Shown: in pieces, positions 23,938 through 32,841 of the stretch
Layout of the letters: every line of letters starts with the position of its first letter
How positions within the stretch are numbered: position 1 is the stretch's first letter
Source of the DNA: Acidimicrobiales bacterium
GTDB lineage: Bacteria > Actinomycetota > Acidimicrobiia > Acidimicrobiales > VFJN01
Reading direction: 5' to 3'
Assembly (NCBI GenBank): GCA_046595835.1
Contig: JBKJSO010000084.1
Location: forward strand, 1 to 37,208
DNA length: 37,208 nt
Position numbers and translations under genes: made by a program
The notes under the pieces: model-generated
Database searches by the model: none
Told to the model about the DNA's origin: nothing
Seen by the model: the letters and a program-made list of their open reading frames with translations, nothing else

Positions 23938-26900
23938 GTGTGGCCGCTACCGTGGGCCGTCGTGCGCCTCCAGAGCAAGACGGAGCTGGCAGGCCTGGCG
24001 GCGCTGGCGTACGGCCCCTTCCTGCTCTCCTCGCCGGGGAAGGTGAGCGTCGACAGCAAGCAGGACCTCTACCTGGACCCGGGTCGGTTCCTCGGCCGGG
24101 TGCTGGATCTCTGGGACCCGCACGTGGGTGCGGGAACCGTGCCTCACCAGAACCTGGGGTACCTCTTCCCCACGGGCCCGTGGTTCTGGCTGCTCGAACG
24201 CCTCGGCGCACCGGACTGGGTGGCTCAGCGCCTGTGGCTGGGCACGATCTCGCTGTTCGCCGCGCTCGGAGCCCGGTGGCTGTTTCAGCAGCTCGGCACC
24301 GGACGCGTCGGCGCTCTCGCCGGCGCGCTCGTGTACCTGCTCACGCCCTACCAGCTGGCCTTCACGGCTCGGACGTCGGTGCTGCTGCTGCCCTGGGCTG
24401 CCCTTCCCTGGTTGGTCGGCTGCACGATGCGCTCGACGCGGACCCGCGACTGGCGCGCGCCGTGCCTGCTCGCGCTTGTGCTGCTCGGCGCCGGCGGGAT
24501 CAACGCGTCGTCGCTGCTGCTCGTTGCCGTAGGCCCCGCCCTGTGGCTCGTCATGGAGGTCGGCCGATCTCGTCGCGCCGCGGGCCAGACCCTCGCGGCG
24601 GCCGGCCGCATCGCCCTCGTGGGTGCGGGGATCTCGCTGTGGTGGGCGGTTGGTCTGCGGGTGCAGGGAACCCATGGCCTCCCGGTGCTCCAGCTCACCG
24701 AGAACGTGCGCACGGTGGCGGATGCCTCGACGCCCAGCGACATCCTGCGCGGCCTCGGCAACTGGTTCTTCTACGGGCACGACCGGCGCGGCTACTCCGT
24801 CGACCAGGCCGCCGCCTACGCAGGCGATAGCGACCTCGTCGTGGTGCTCAGCTACTTGGTGCCGATGGTCGCGCTCGCGGCGGCCTTCCTACTTCGCTGG
24901 GCCCACCGCGCCTACTTCGCGCTGCTCGTGGTCGTGGGAACGATCGTGGGGGTCGGGTCGTGGCCCTACGACCACCCCAGCCCGTACGGCTCGCTCTGGA
25001 AGGCCTTCACCACCAACACGTCGTTGGGGTTGGCGTTCCGCAACAGCCCGCGGGTCGTACCGATCGTCGTGCTCGGGTTCGCGGGGCTGGTGGCCGGCGC
25101 GGTCGGGGCGCTGCCGGCGCCGACCTGGCGACGCCTGGCGGGTGGTGCCACTGCGGTCCTGGCCGGGGCGGCGCTGCTCCCCGTCTGGCAGCACGGCTAC
25201 CTCACCGACGGCATGCAGCGCCCCGAGCGCATCCCGCAGTACTGGCTCGACGCGACCCGAGCCATGGACGCCGGCGACCACGGCACCCGTGTGCTCGAGG
25301 TGCCGGGGTCGAGCTTCGCGGCCTACCGGTGGGGCACCACCGTCGACCCGATCACGCCCGGTCTGATCACGCGGCCGTACCTGGCCCGCGAGGTGCTTCC
25401 CTCGGGCACCGCGGCGAGCGCCAACCTCCTCGAGGCGCTCGACCGGCGCATGCAGGCTGGCGTCTTCGAGGGCGGCTCCCTCGCGCCGCTCGCCCGGCTC
25501 CTCGGTGTCGGCACCATCGCGCTGCGGGCCGACCTCGACAGCTCCGGTCGATTCGACACGCCCACCCCGGGGCCGCTGTGGACGTCGCTGGTCCGCGCCG
25601 AGGGTCTCGGACCTCCTCGGCGCTTCGGTCCCCCTGGTGGTGACGGCACCGACCCCTCTCTGCCCTCGGTGGCCCTCTTCGACGTCGAGCAGTCGCTGCG
25701 CATCGTGCGACTGGCTCCGGTGCACAGGCCCGTGGTGCTGGCGGGCGACGGCGATGGCCTCGTGGACGCCGCCGCCGCTGGCATCATCGATGGGTCGGCG
25801 CTGGTGCTGGAGTCAGCAGGGCTGGACGCAGGCTCCCTGGCGGCGGCGCTCGATGCGGACGCCCATCTCGTGGTCACCGACTCCAACCGGCGACGGGTGC
25901 AGACGTGGTTCTACGGGCTGCGCGACACGCGGGGGGAGACCGAGCGCGCTGGTGCCACCGCTCCAGACCCCACTGGCTACGACTTCCGTCTCGACCTGTT
26001 CCCGGGTTCCAGCGACGACAGCCGCACGCTTGTGGAGCAGGTCGGCGGGCGCGTGGAGGCCAGCAGCGCCGGCGGCCCGGAGCGTCCCGAGGATCGCGCC
26101 GGCCATGTCATCGACGGCGACCCCAGCACGGCGTGGCGAGTCGGCGGCTCGGACCCCCGGGGCCAGGCCATCGTGATCGATCCCACCCACCTGGTGCGCA
26201 CCGTCGAGATCCGCCTCGTCCAGCCCACGGTGCCTCCCGGTGGACGCTCCCTGGCACGCGTCCGCATCGAGGGCATCGCCCCCGCCCCTGTCGACGTCGA
26301 TCTCGGGCCGGCCTCCCTCACCGCGGCGGGCCAGGCCGTTCCGGTCGCGTCCGGCGCTGTCGGCCGGTTGCGCATCGAGGTGCTCGAGACGAGCCCGCCA
26401 GCGGGCGGGCCACCCGATGCCACGCCGGTGGGCCTGGCGGAGGTGCGCGTCGGCGCCCTGCGCATCACCGAGACCGTCCGTCCACCAGTGGACCTCCTCG
26501 GGCGCGCTGGGGCTGACCTGGCCGGCCACAGCCTCGACATCGTGCTCACCCGGCTCCGCCGTGGCACCGTCGCCGCGGATCGCCACGACGAGGAGGCACT
26601 TCTCGACCGCAGCCTCGATCTCCCCATCGGCCGCACCTTCGCCCTCACGGGCACGGCCCGGCCCGGCGCTGGTGTCAACCAGGTGTCGATCGATTCCTTG
26701 AGCTGCCGCGCCGACCTGCTGGCCCTCGACGGGGCACCCCTACCCGTGCGCCTTCAGGTCGTCGGGGACGCGTTCGGTCTCACGGAGTGCGCACCCGTGT
26801 CGCTCGCTCCTGGGCGCCACCGGCTCACCTCCGTGCCCGGCAGTGAGAGCGGGATCGATGTCGATCGGGTCGTGCTCGCATCGGCGGCCGACGGTGCGCC

Positions 26901-27612
26901 CGCCAGGGCCGCTCCACGAGGCGACGGAGGGGCGGCCGGTTCGACGGTCGTGGTTCGTCACAATCGCGCTGCGCACCTCGACCTCGACGTCACCACTGAT
27001 GGCCGCCCGTTCTGGCTGGTGCTCGGTCAGAGCCACGACGATGGGTGGTCGCCATCCGTCGACGGGGCGACCGTGGGCGCGCTCCAGCTCGTTGACGGGT
27101 ACGCCAACGGGTGGCTCGTGACCCCCGACGGCCCCGGCACGCTGTCGATCGCCCTGCGGTGGGGCCCGCAGCGCCTGCTCTGGATCGGGCTGACGACCAG
27201 CGCCCTCAGCCTCCTCGGCTGCCTCGTGGTCCTCTGGCGTGGGCGCGGCAGGGCCCTGCCGCCCGACCCCCCGCTCGTCGCCTGTCCCACGCTCCTACTC
27301 GCCACACCGAGCGCCGCACCGCGCCCGCCTGCTGCGATCGCTGGGCTGCTGGCGGCGGGCGGTCTCGCCCTACTGGTGGCGCCCCCGGTCGTCGCGGCGG
27401 CCGCGACCATCCTGCTCGGAGCAGCCCGGCTGATTCGGCGGGGCCCGGTGCTCCTCGCCGCCGCCGTGCCCGCGGTGCTGCTCGTCAGCCGCGTCGCCCA
27501 CCGCCCGTCGCTGGCGTGGGTGGTGGTCATCCTCCTCGCGGCCGATCTGCAGCGCCCACCCCTGGCGGGCGCACGGGGACCCCAATCCTCGGGCGGGGTC
27601 ACGGCATCGTGA
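23938..27612 (+). CDS. AftD-like alpha-(1->3)-arabinofuranosyltransferase family protein (DUF3367-type giant GT-C), paralog 2, 1224 aa
   Basis: DSKQDLYLDP...WDPHVGAGTVPHQNLGYLFP...GAPDWVAQRLWLG aligns with paralog 1. It has one DGDxxTxW motif (HVIDGDPSTAWRVG) and C-terminal TM helices. Confidence 0.85.
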   Translation: MWPLPWAVVRLQSKTELAGLAALAYGPFLLSSPGKVSVDSKQDLYLDPGRFLGRVLDLWDPHVGAGTVPHQNLGYLFPTGPWFWLLERLGAPDWVAQRLWLGTISLFAALGARWLFQQLGTGRVGALAGALVYLLTPYQLAFTARTSVLLLPWAALPWLVGCTMRSTRTRDWRAPCLLALVLLGAGGINASSLLLVAVGPALWLVMEVGRSRRAAGQTLAAAGRIALVGAGISLWWAVGLRVQGTHGLPVLQLTENVRTVADASTPSDILRGLGNWFFYGHDRRGYSVDQAAAYAGDSDLVVVLSYLVPMVALAAAFLLRWAHRAYFALLVVVGTIVGVGSWPYDHPSPYGSLWKAFTTNTSLGLAFRNSPRVVPIVVLGFAGLVAGAVGALPAPTWRRLAGGATAVLAGAALLPVWQHGYLTDGMQRPERIPQYWLDATRAMDAGDHGTRVLEVPGSSFAAYRWGTTVDPITPGLITRPYLAREVLPSGTAASANLLEALDRRMQAGVFEGGSLAPLARLLGVGTIALRADLDSSGRFDTPTPGPLWTSLVRAEGLGPPRRFGPPGGDGTDPSLPSVALFDVEQSLRIVRLAPVHRPVVLAGDGDGLVDAAAAGIIDGSALVLESAGLDAGSLAAALDADAHLVVTDSNRRRVQTWFYGLRDTRGETERAGATAPDPTGYDFRLDLFPGSSDDSRTLVEQVGGRVEASSAGGPERPEDRAGHVIDGDPSTAWRVGGSDPRGQAIVIDPTHLVRTVEIRLVQPTVPPGGRSLARVRIEGIAPAPVDVDLGPASLTAAGQAVPVASGAVGRLRIEVLETSPPAGGPPDATPVGLAEVRVGALRITETVRPPVDLLGRAGADLAGHSLDIVLTRLRRGTVAADRHDEEALLDRSLDLPIGRTFALTGTARPGAGVNQVSIDSLSCRADLLALDGAPLPVRLQVVGDAFGLTECAPVSLAPGRHRLTSVPGSESGIDVDRVVLASAADGAPARAAPRGDGGAAGSTVVVRHNRAAHLDLDVTTDGRPFWLVLGQSHDDGWSPSVDGATVGALQLVDGYANGWLVTPDGPGTLSIALRWGPQRLLWIGLTTSALSLLGCLVVLWRGRGRALPPDPPLVACPTLLLATPSAAPRPPAAIAGLLAAGGLALLVAPPVVAAAATILLGAARLIRRGPVLLAAAVPAVLLVSRVAHRPSLAWVVVILLAADLQRPPLAGARGPQSSGGVTAS

Positions 27613-29503
27613 CGGCGACCCCGAGGTGGCGCAACGTGAGCGCTCGGCGCCACTGGTAGGTGCCGTCGACGAGCACGCGGTGCAGGCGGGCCTCCGGGAG
27701 GAGGACCTCGATGGTGCGGTCGACGACGCGGTAGACGAGATCGATGCGCTCGACCGACGAGCCAGCGGTGCGAGTGATCGAGATCGTCCCACGGGGTGCG
27801 AGGGTGAGATCGCCGTCCCCGCCGGGTTGTACGAGGGTGAGTGATGTCGCCGCGCCGTCAGCCGGGATGCTCCGTGTGAGGGCGCCCGCGCTGGTGGTGA
27901 CGTCGATCCGTGCCCCGGACGCACGAGTCGACGGAGCCGCTCGCACGGCGAGGGTGATCGTCGGTCCGCGCCGTACCTTCACGGGGGTGAGGTGCACCTC
28001 CACGTGCTGTGGGTTCTCGCGCGGTCCGATGTCCTGGGCCGCCACCGACGCCTGCTGCACGAAGGGCCGCCGGTCGGGGCTGTGAGCGATGAGGTCGAGC
28101 ATCGCTGGTCCATTGTCCGCTGCGTAGAGGATGCGATCGTCCAGCTCGCCCTCGTTCGACGAGAAGGGGTTGAGGTACAAGAGGTAGGGAGCAGTGTCGG
28201 CCACGAACACGAGCGCCTGACCGTCGATCCCGGCCACGCTGCTGCGCCACGGCACCTGCTGGAGGCTGATCTCTCGGTTCACCGCGAAGCGGGTGATGGA
28301 CGCGGGCAGCGTGCCGACGACCAGCGCTGCCACCAGCCCAACGGCGAGGCGTCGCCGGTGCTCCCACCAGCGCAGGATCACGGTGGCGATCAGGAGGCAG
28401 ATCGGCGGGTAGAGCGGCAGGTAGTAGATCGGACCGCTGATGCGGGCCGCCATCGACGAGAGGTGGTTGCCCCAGAAGACGAAGTAGCCGAGCGGGAACG
28501 CGGCGCTGAGGAGGACGAGTGCCGCGGTGGATGGCTCACGGCGGCGATGCCACAGGCCCAGCCCTGCGGTGAGCAGCCCCACGTAGCTGCCGACCAGGAA
28601 CCAGGGGAGCAGGAAGGCGTTCTTGGCGGTGGCGCGCAGAGCCGTCGAGACCTTGTAGTCGACGATCTCGAAGGTGGGCATGAGCCGCTTCGTGCCGAAC
28701 CCGAACGTGTCCATCGGATCGGCCGCGGTGATCGGGAAGCTGAGCCAACCACCCGTGACGTGTCGGTTGTAGGCGAGGGTGGCCGCCACGAGGGGAACGG
28801 CGCCGACACCGCAGATCACCAGCGAGCGCACCACCCGGGGCCAGCGGGCCCGCTCGCGGTACAGGGCGAAGGCCGCGAAGGCGGCCCCCCAGAGCACCGC
28901 GTCGTAGGGGCGGGTCATGAAGATCCACCCCAACAGGATCCCCGCGCCCAGGATGCGCAGGGGGCGGCTGCGGCGGAGCCCGCTGAGCAGCAGCGCACCA
29001 ACGAAGAGGCCGAGCCCGAGCGTGAAGAGGTAGCTGAGGTAGGCGCCACCCTGGATGGGCAGGATCGGCGACGCCACCATCAGGGCGGCGCCCAGGGTGG
29101 CGATGCGATGGTCGCCGAACAGCTCGAGGCCGATGGCGTAGGTGCCGAGGACGGCCAGCGCCGCGCCGAGGAGCAGGGCGTTGCCCGCTGAGCCGGTCAC
29201 GACCGCGGCGGCCAGGAGCACGAGGGGCCAGCCCAACGTGTACTGGGTGAAGAACGTCCCCCCGGTGCCGCGGGCGGAGAGCCAGGGCTGGAACAGATCG
29301 GGGTAGCCACCGTCGGCGGCCGTGAGATGGCCGGCTCGAAGGGCATCGACCTGCCAGAGGTACACGGGCTCGTCCCGGTTCCACGAGTAGCCGGGGAACA
29401 GGGCGTGGCGGGCCCAGAGCGCGAGTAGCGCGGCCGCGAGCGCGAGCACCGCCGCCGGCCAGTGGTCCCGCCATCGGTACGTGGGGACGGTCGGCTCGGG
29501 CAT
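27599..29503 (-). CDS. GT-C membrane glycosyltransferase, ArnT/PMT-like, with a C-terminal soluble domain of about 190 aa
   Basis: I place the start at ATG 29503 (MPEPTVPTYRW). The first-loop motif is WNRDEPVYLWQVDAL (a DE motif). About 11-12 TM helices. The 3' end overlaps AftD-like paralog 2 by 14 nt. Confidence 0.7.
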   Translation of the reverse strand: MPEPTVPTYRWRDHWPAAVLALAAALLALWARHALFPGYSWNRDEPVYLWQVDALRAGHLTAADGGYPDLFQPWLSARGTGGTFFTQYTLGWPLVLLAAAVVTGSAGNALLLGAALAVLGTYAIGLELFGDHRIATLGAALMVASPILPIQGGAYLSYLFTLGLGLFVGALLLSGLRRSRPLRILGAGILLGWIFMTRPYDAVLWGAAFAAFALYRERARWPRVVRSLVICGVGAVPLVAATLAYNRHVTGGWLSFPITAADPMDTFGFGTKRLMPTFEIVDYKVSTALRATAKNAFLLPWFLVGSYVGLLTAGLGLWHRRREPSTAALVLLSAAFPLGYFVFWGNHLSSMAARISGPIYYLPLYPPICLLIATVILRWWEHRRRLAVGLVAALVVGTLPASITRFAVNREISLQQVPWRSSVAGIDGQALVFVADTAPYLLYLNPFSSNEGELDDRILYAADNGPAMLDLIAHSPDRRPFVQQASVAAQDIGPRENPQHVEVHLTPVKVRRGPTITLAVRAAPSTRASGARIDVTTSAGALTRSIPADGAATSLTLVQPGGDGDLTLAPRGTISITRTAGSSVERIDLVYRVVDRTIEVLLPEARLHRVLVDGTYQWRRALTLRHLGVAVTMP

Positions 29504-29542
29504 GGCGCGCGAACCTACCCGTGGCGCGCGATCCTGGGTCGC

Positions 29543-29722
29543 ATGCCGTTCACCTGCCCTCGCTGCGCCCAGCCCGTCGAGGCTCGTTTCTACGGTCCCT
29601 GCACGGATTGCCGCGGCCAGCTCCGACGCACGCTCGGCAGCGAGGCCCGGCACGTGGAGCGCGGCGCGTTCGAGCCCGCCATGCACGTCACCCCGAACGC
29701 GGTCGCCCTCAAAGACGACTGA
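29543..29722 (+). CDS. Small Cys4 zinc-ribbon-like protein (59 aa)
   Basis: MPFTCPRCAQPVEARFYGPCTDCRG contains a CPxC...CxxC pair. GC3 is mostly high. I chose the internal ATG 29543 because the longer listed ORF would overlap the divergent GT-C gene. Confidence 0.45.
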   Translation: MPFTCPRCAQPVEARFYGPCTDCRGQLRRTLGSEARHVERGAFEPAMHVTPNAVALKDD

Positions 29723-29734
29723 CCCGCAAGCCGA

Positions 29735-30631
29735 CTAGCGCTCGGCGATGGGCTGGATGCGCTGGCGGGGGCCGTACTTGGGGGCGGTGATCCCGGCCGA
29801 CTCGAGCAGCGTGCACACTCGGCCGCGGTGCCCCAGGTAGGGCTCGAGGAGCTGGAGCATCCGGTCGTCGGTGCCGCGCGGCTCCGAGGCCAGAACCCAC
29901 GACACCAGGTGCTTGAGGTGGAAGTCGCCGACGCTCACTGCGTCAGCGTCGCCGAGGACCACGCGAGCCACCTCCGCAGAGGTCCACGGACCCACCCCTG
30001 CAATGGCCTCGAGCCGGGACCGGAGCAGCTCGGGCGTTGTCGCGCCCACCATCTCGAGGCGAGTGGCGTGGGCGCACACCCGCATGAGGGCGTCGGCGCG
30101 CTTCTTCTCCACCCCGATCACGTGCAGGTCGTAGTACCCGAGCTCGGCGATGGCCTCCGGAAGCGGGGCGAGCAGGAGGCCTGTCGGACCCGGTGCGGCA
30201 CGTCCCCAGCGCTCGATGAGCTGGCGGTAGGACCGTTTGGCCTCGAACCCGGTCACTCGCTGGCTGAGCACAGCTGGGATGAGGGCGTCGAGGACCCGGC
30301 CGGTGCGAGGGAGTCGGAGCCCGTCGGCCTCCCGGTGAAGGCGACGCACCACCGGATCGACAGGATCGAACCCGGCCCGGTCGTCGAGGCACCCGAGCAG
30401 CCCCGGGGCGGTGGCGAGCGCCCACTCGGCGCCGTCGCCCCATGCCTCCACCTCGAAGCAGTCGGCCTGGAGCTGGGCGACGAGTGCGGCATCGCCCTCG
30501 GGGGTGTGCATGGCGAGCGCGGCGCCCGTGCTGGTCACGGAGATCCCGGGGTCGTGGCGACCCAGCCGGAGCGCCTGGAGCGACCGCCGCAGGTCGATGG
30601 CGAACGGCAGTGGGATCGTTCGGCGCGCCAT
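29735..30631 (-). CDS. DNA-3-methyladenine glycosylase II-like (AlkA type, HhH-GPD superfamily)
   Basis: Helix-hairpin-helix IAGVGPWTSAEVARV followed by the Asp-containing VGDFHLKH. About 300 aa, with an AlkA-like N-terminal domain. Confidence 0.75.
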   Translation of the reverse strand: MARRTIPLPFAIDLRRSLQALRLGRHDPGISVTSTGAALAMHTPEGDAALVAQLQADCFEVEAWGDGAEWALATAPGLLGCLDDRAGFDPVDPVVRRLHREADGLRLPRTGRVLDALIPAVLSQRVTGFEAKRSYRQLIERWGRAAPGPTGLLLAPLPEAIAELGYYDLHVIGVEKKRADALMRVCAHATRLEMVGATTPELLRSRLEAIAGVGPWTSAEVARVVLGDADAVSVGDFHLKHLVSWVLASEPRGTDDRMLQLLEPYLGHRGRVCTLLESAGITAPKYGPRQRIQPIAER

Positions 30632-30686
30632 GGTCGTGACGACGCTATGGGTGGATCGGCGACGTCACCAACTCACCGGATGGGCG

Positions 30687-32318
30687 TCACTCGGTGGTGA
30701 CGGTCACGGCCCATCGGTAATCGGGCTTGCCGCTGGGGCTGCGCTCGATCTGTGGGACCCGCACGAACGCCTTGGGGAGCTTGTACCGAGCGAGGTGCGG
30801 CGCGGCGGCCGCTCGCAGGTCGTCGTCCGTCGGGTCGGCGTGACCGCCACGGAGCTGGATCACGCCCACCACCTCCTGCCCCCATCGCTCGCTCGGCCGA
30901 CCGACCACCACCGCATCGAACACGGCCGGGTGGCGCTTGAGCGCCTGCTCCACCTCCTCGGCGAACACCTTCTCGCCGCCGGTGTTGATGGTGACGGAGT
31001 CGCGTCCGTGGAGCTCGAGGGAGCCGTCCGGGAGGATGCGGGCCCGATCACCGGCCACCGCGTGGCGGAGGCCGTCCACGAGGGGGAACGTGCGCTCGGT
31101 CTTGGCCGGGTCTCCGAGGTAGCCGAGGGGCACGCGGCCGGTCTGAGCCAACCACCCGAGCTCGGGGTCCCCCGCCTCGAGGCGCCGAGAGAGGTCCTCG
31201 CTCAGCACCACCGAGGTGGGCGAGCGGTCGAAGGTCCCCGTGGACGCGCCGCGAGCCGTCGTAGAACGGTGCACGCCCTGACGCCCGGTCTCGGAGGAGC
31301 CGAGCACGTCGACGATGTGCAGGGCGGGGAGCTGCTGGAGGAGATCCTCCTTCACCGACGCCGACAACAGGGCGCCACCCGTGAGCAGGAAGCGAAGTCG
31401 CGACGCGTCGTGCGACCCCGTGCGCAGCGCGTCCACGATCGGGCGGGCGAAGGCGTCACCGACGATGAGCAGTGAGGTGACGTGCTCTCGGTCGACCGTG
31501 TCGAGGAGGTCGCCGGCGTCGAGGCGCTCGGGGTCGTCCTGGATCACCACGGTGCCACCGGCGAGCCAGGCGCTCAGCGCGTTCCAGTGGGCCGCCCCGT
31601 GCATGAACGGGGGAGCGGGGAGCGCGCGGAGCGAACCGGCCGGAGCGGCGGCGGCCAGCTCCGCCGTCGTCTGGGCGACGCCGAGGCAGGCGGCCAGGAA
31701 GTCAGCCTGCCGCCACAGGACGCCCTTGGGCATCCCGGTGGTGCCGCCGGTGTAGAGGATGTAGAGGTCATCGGGCGAGAGCTGCCGGGGCGCTCGGGGG
31801 GACGCGCCGGCCAGGGCCGCCTCGTAGTCGATGGCGCCGGGCAGGAGCGGGTTGCCGCTGCCGTCGTCGACCTGCAGGAGAAGGCGCAGGTGGGGGAGCG
31901 ACGGGAGCACCTCGGCCAGGGTGGGTGCGAACGCGGCGTGGTACACGACGGCTCGCGCATCGCTGTCGACGAGAACATAGCGGAGCTCGTCGGCCACGTA
32001 GCGGTAGTTGATGTTGACGCCCACCGCGCGGGCCTTGGCGGCACCGAGGAGGGCCTCGAGGTACTCGTTGCCGTTGTGCAGGTAGAGCGCGACGTGGTCG
32101 TGGGGCGACTCCCACGGCTGGCACGCATCGAGGGCGCAGCGCACCCCGAGGCCGTGGTCGTCGAGCACGGCGGCGAACCGGCGGGTGCGGTCGGTGACCT
32201 CGGCCCACGTGAGGCGCCGGTCGCGCCAGACGATGCACTCTCGCTCAGGGATGACGGCTGCGATCGCCTCGTGGGCGGCGGCGAGGTTCAGCTCTTCGGG
32301 CACCGCCGGCACAGCCAT
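30687..32318 (-). CDS. Acyl-CoA synthetase / AMP-dependent ligase (FadD-like)
   Basis: AMP-binding motif YTGGTTGMPKGV, plus GSSETG, NTGGEKVFAEEVE and a C-terminal PSGKPDY. Confidence 0.9.
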   Translation of the reverse strand: MAVPAVPEELNLAAAHEAIAAVIPERECIVWRDRRLTWAEVTDRTRRFAAVLDDHGLGVRCALDACQPWESPHDHVALYLHNGNEYLEALLGAAKARAVGVNINYRYVADELRYVLVDSDARAVVYHAAFAPTLAEVLPSLPHLRLLLQVDDGSGNPLLPGAIDYEAALAGASPRAPRQLSPDDLYILYTGGTTGMPKGVLWRQADFLAACLGVAQTTAELAAAAPAGSLRALPAPPFMHGAAHWNALSAWLAGGTVVIQDDPERLDAGDLLDTVDREHVTSLLIVGDAFARPIVDALRTGSHDASRLRFLLTGGALLSASVKEDLLQQLPALHIVDVLGSSETGRQGVHRSTTARGASTGTFDRSPTSVVLSEDLSRRLEAGDPELGWLAQTGRVPLGYLGDPAKTERTFPLVDGLRHAVAGDRARILPDGSLELHGRDSVTINTGGEKVFAEEVEQALKRHPAVFDAVVVGRPSERWGQEVVGVIQLRGGHADPTDDDLRAAAAPHLARYKLPKAFVRVPQIERSPSGKPDYRWAVTVTTE

Positions 32319-32338
32319 GAGGAGCGACCGCCGCGAGG

Positions 32339-32821
32339 TCAGGTGGAGGGCGTGGAGGTGTCGACCACGGACACGGTGGTCATCGTGTCGCCGACGGCGA
32401 TGGCCTGGGCGATCTCGATGCCGGAGGTGACGTAGCCGAAGAGGTTGTACAGGGGCTGGAGCTTGTCCTGGCAGTCCTCGATGCAGATGAAGAACTGCGA
32501 TCCGTTGGTGTTGGGCCCGGCGTTGGCCATGGCCACGGCGCCGAGCGTGTAGGCGCCTTGCACGGGCTCATCGGCAAACTTGTAGCCAGGACCGCCGCGG
32601 CCGGTGCCCTCGGGATCGCCACCCTGGATCACGAAGCTGGGCACGACACGGTGGAACGTGAGCCCGTCGTAGAAGCCGCTGCGGGCGTTCACGACGAAGT
32701 GGTTGACGGTCGTGGGCGCCAGCTTGGCGTCGAGCGCCATCACGATGTCGCCCTTGGCGGTGGCGATGGTGACCTCGAAGGTGGCGGCGGGGTCGATCTC
32801 GAAGGTGGGTGCGGAAGGCAT
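32339..32821 (-). CDS. Cyclophilin-type peptidyl-prolyl cis-trans isomerase
   Basis: FHRVVPSFVIQGGDPEGTGRGGPGYKFADE and NTNGSQFFI. Confidence 0.95.
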   Translation of the reverse strand: MPSAPTFEIDPAATFEVTIATAKGDIVMALDAKLAPTTVNHFVVNARSGFYDGLTFHRVVPSFVIQGGDPEGTGRGGPGYKFADEPVQGAYTLGAVAMANAGPNTNGSQFFICIEDCQDKLQPLYNLFGYVTSGIEIAQAIAVGDTMTTVSVVDTSTPST

Positions 32822-32841
32822 GGGGACCTACGCTACCCGCC

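Noticed and set aside
4240-27612. Whether the inverted AftD-like paralogs act as an invertible-segment (recombination) system around the central operon
   Set aside because: Even the most conserved protein blocks differ at synonymous sites, so I saw no long identical DNA tracts that could support homologous inversion. No recombinase is present.
30632-30686. Imperfect inverted repeat gtgacgacgc / gcgacgtcac and repeated CGTCAC words between the acyl-CoA synthetase and AlkA-like genes
   Set aside because: The stem has an internal A-A mismatch, is only about 9 bp long, and has no U-tract. It could be a weak terminator but is not distinguishable from background in GC-rich DNA.
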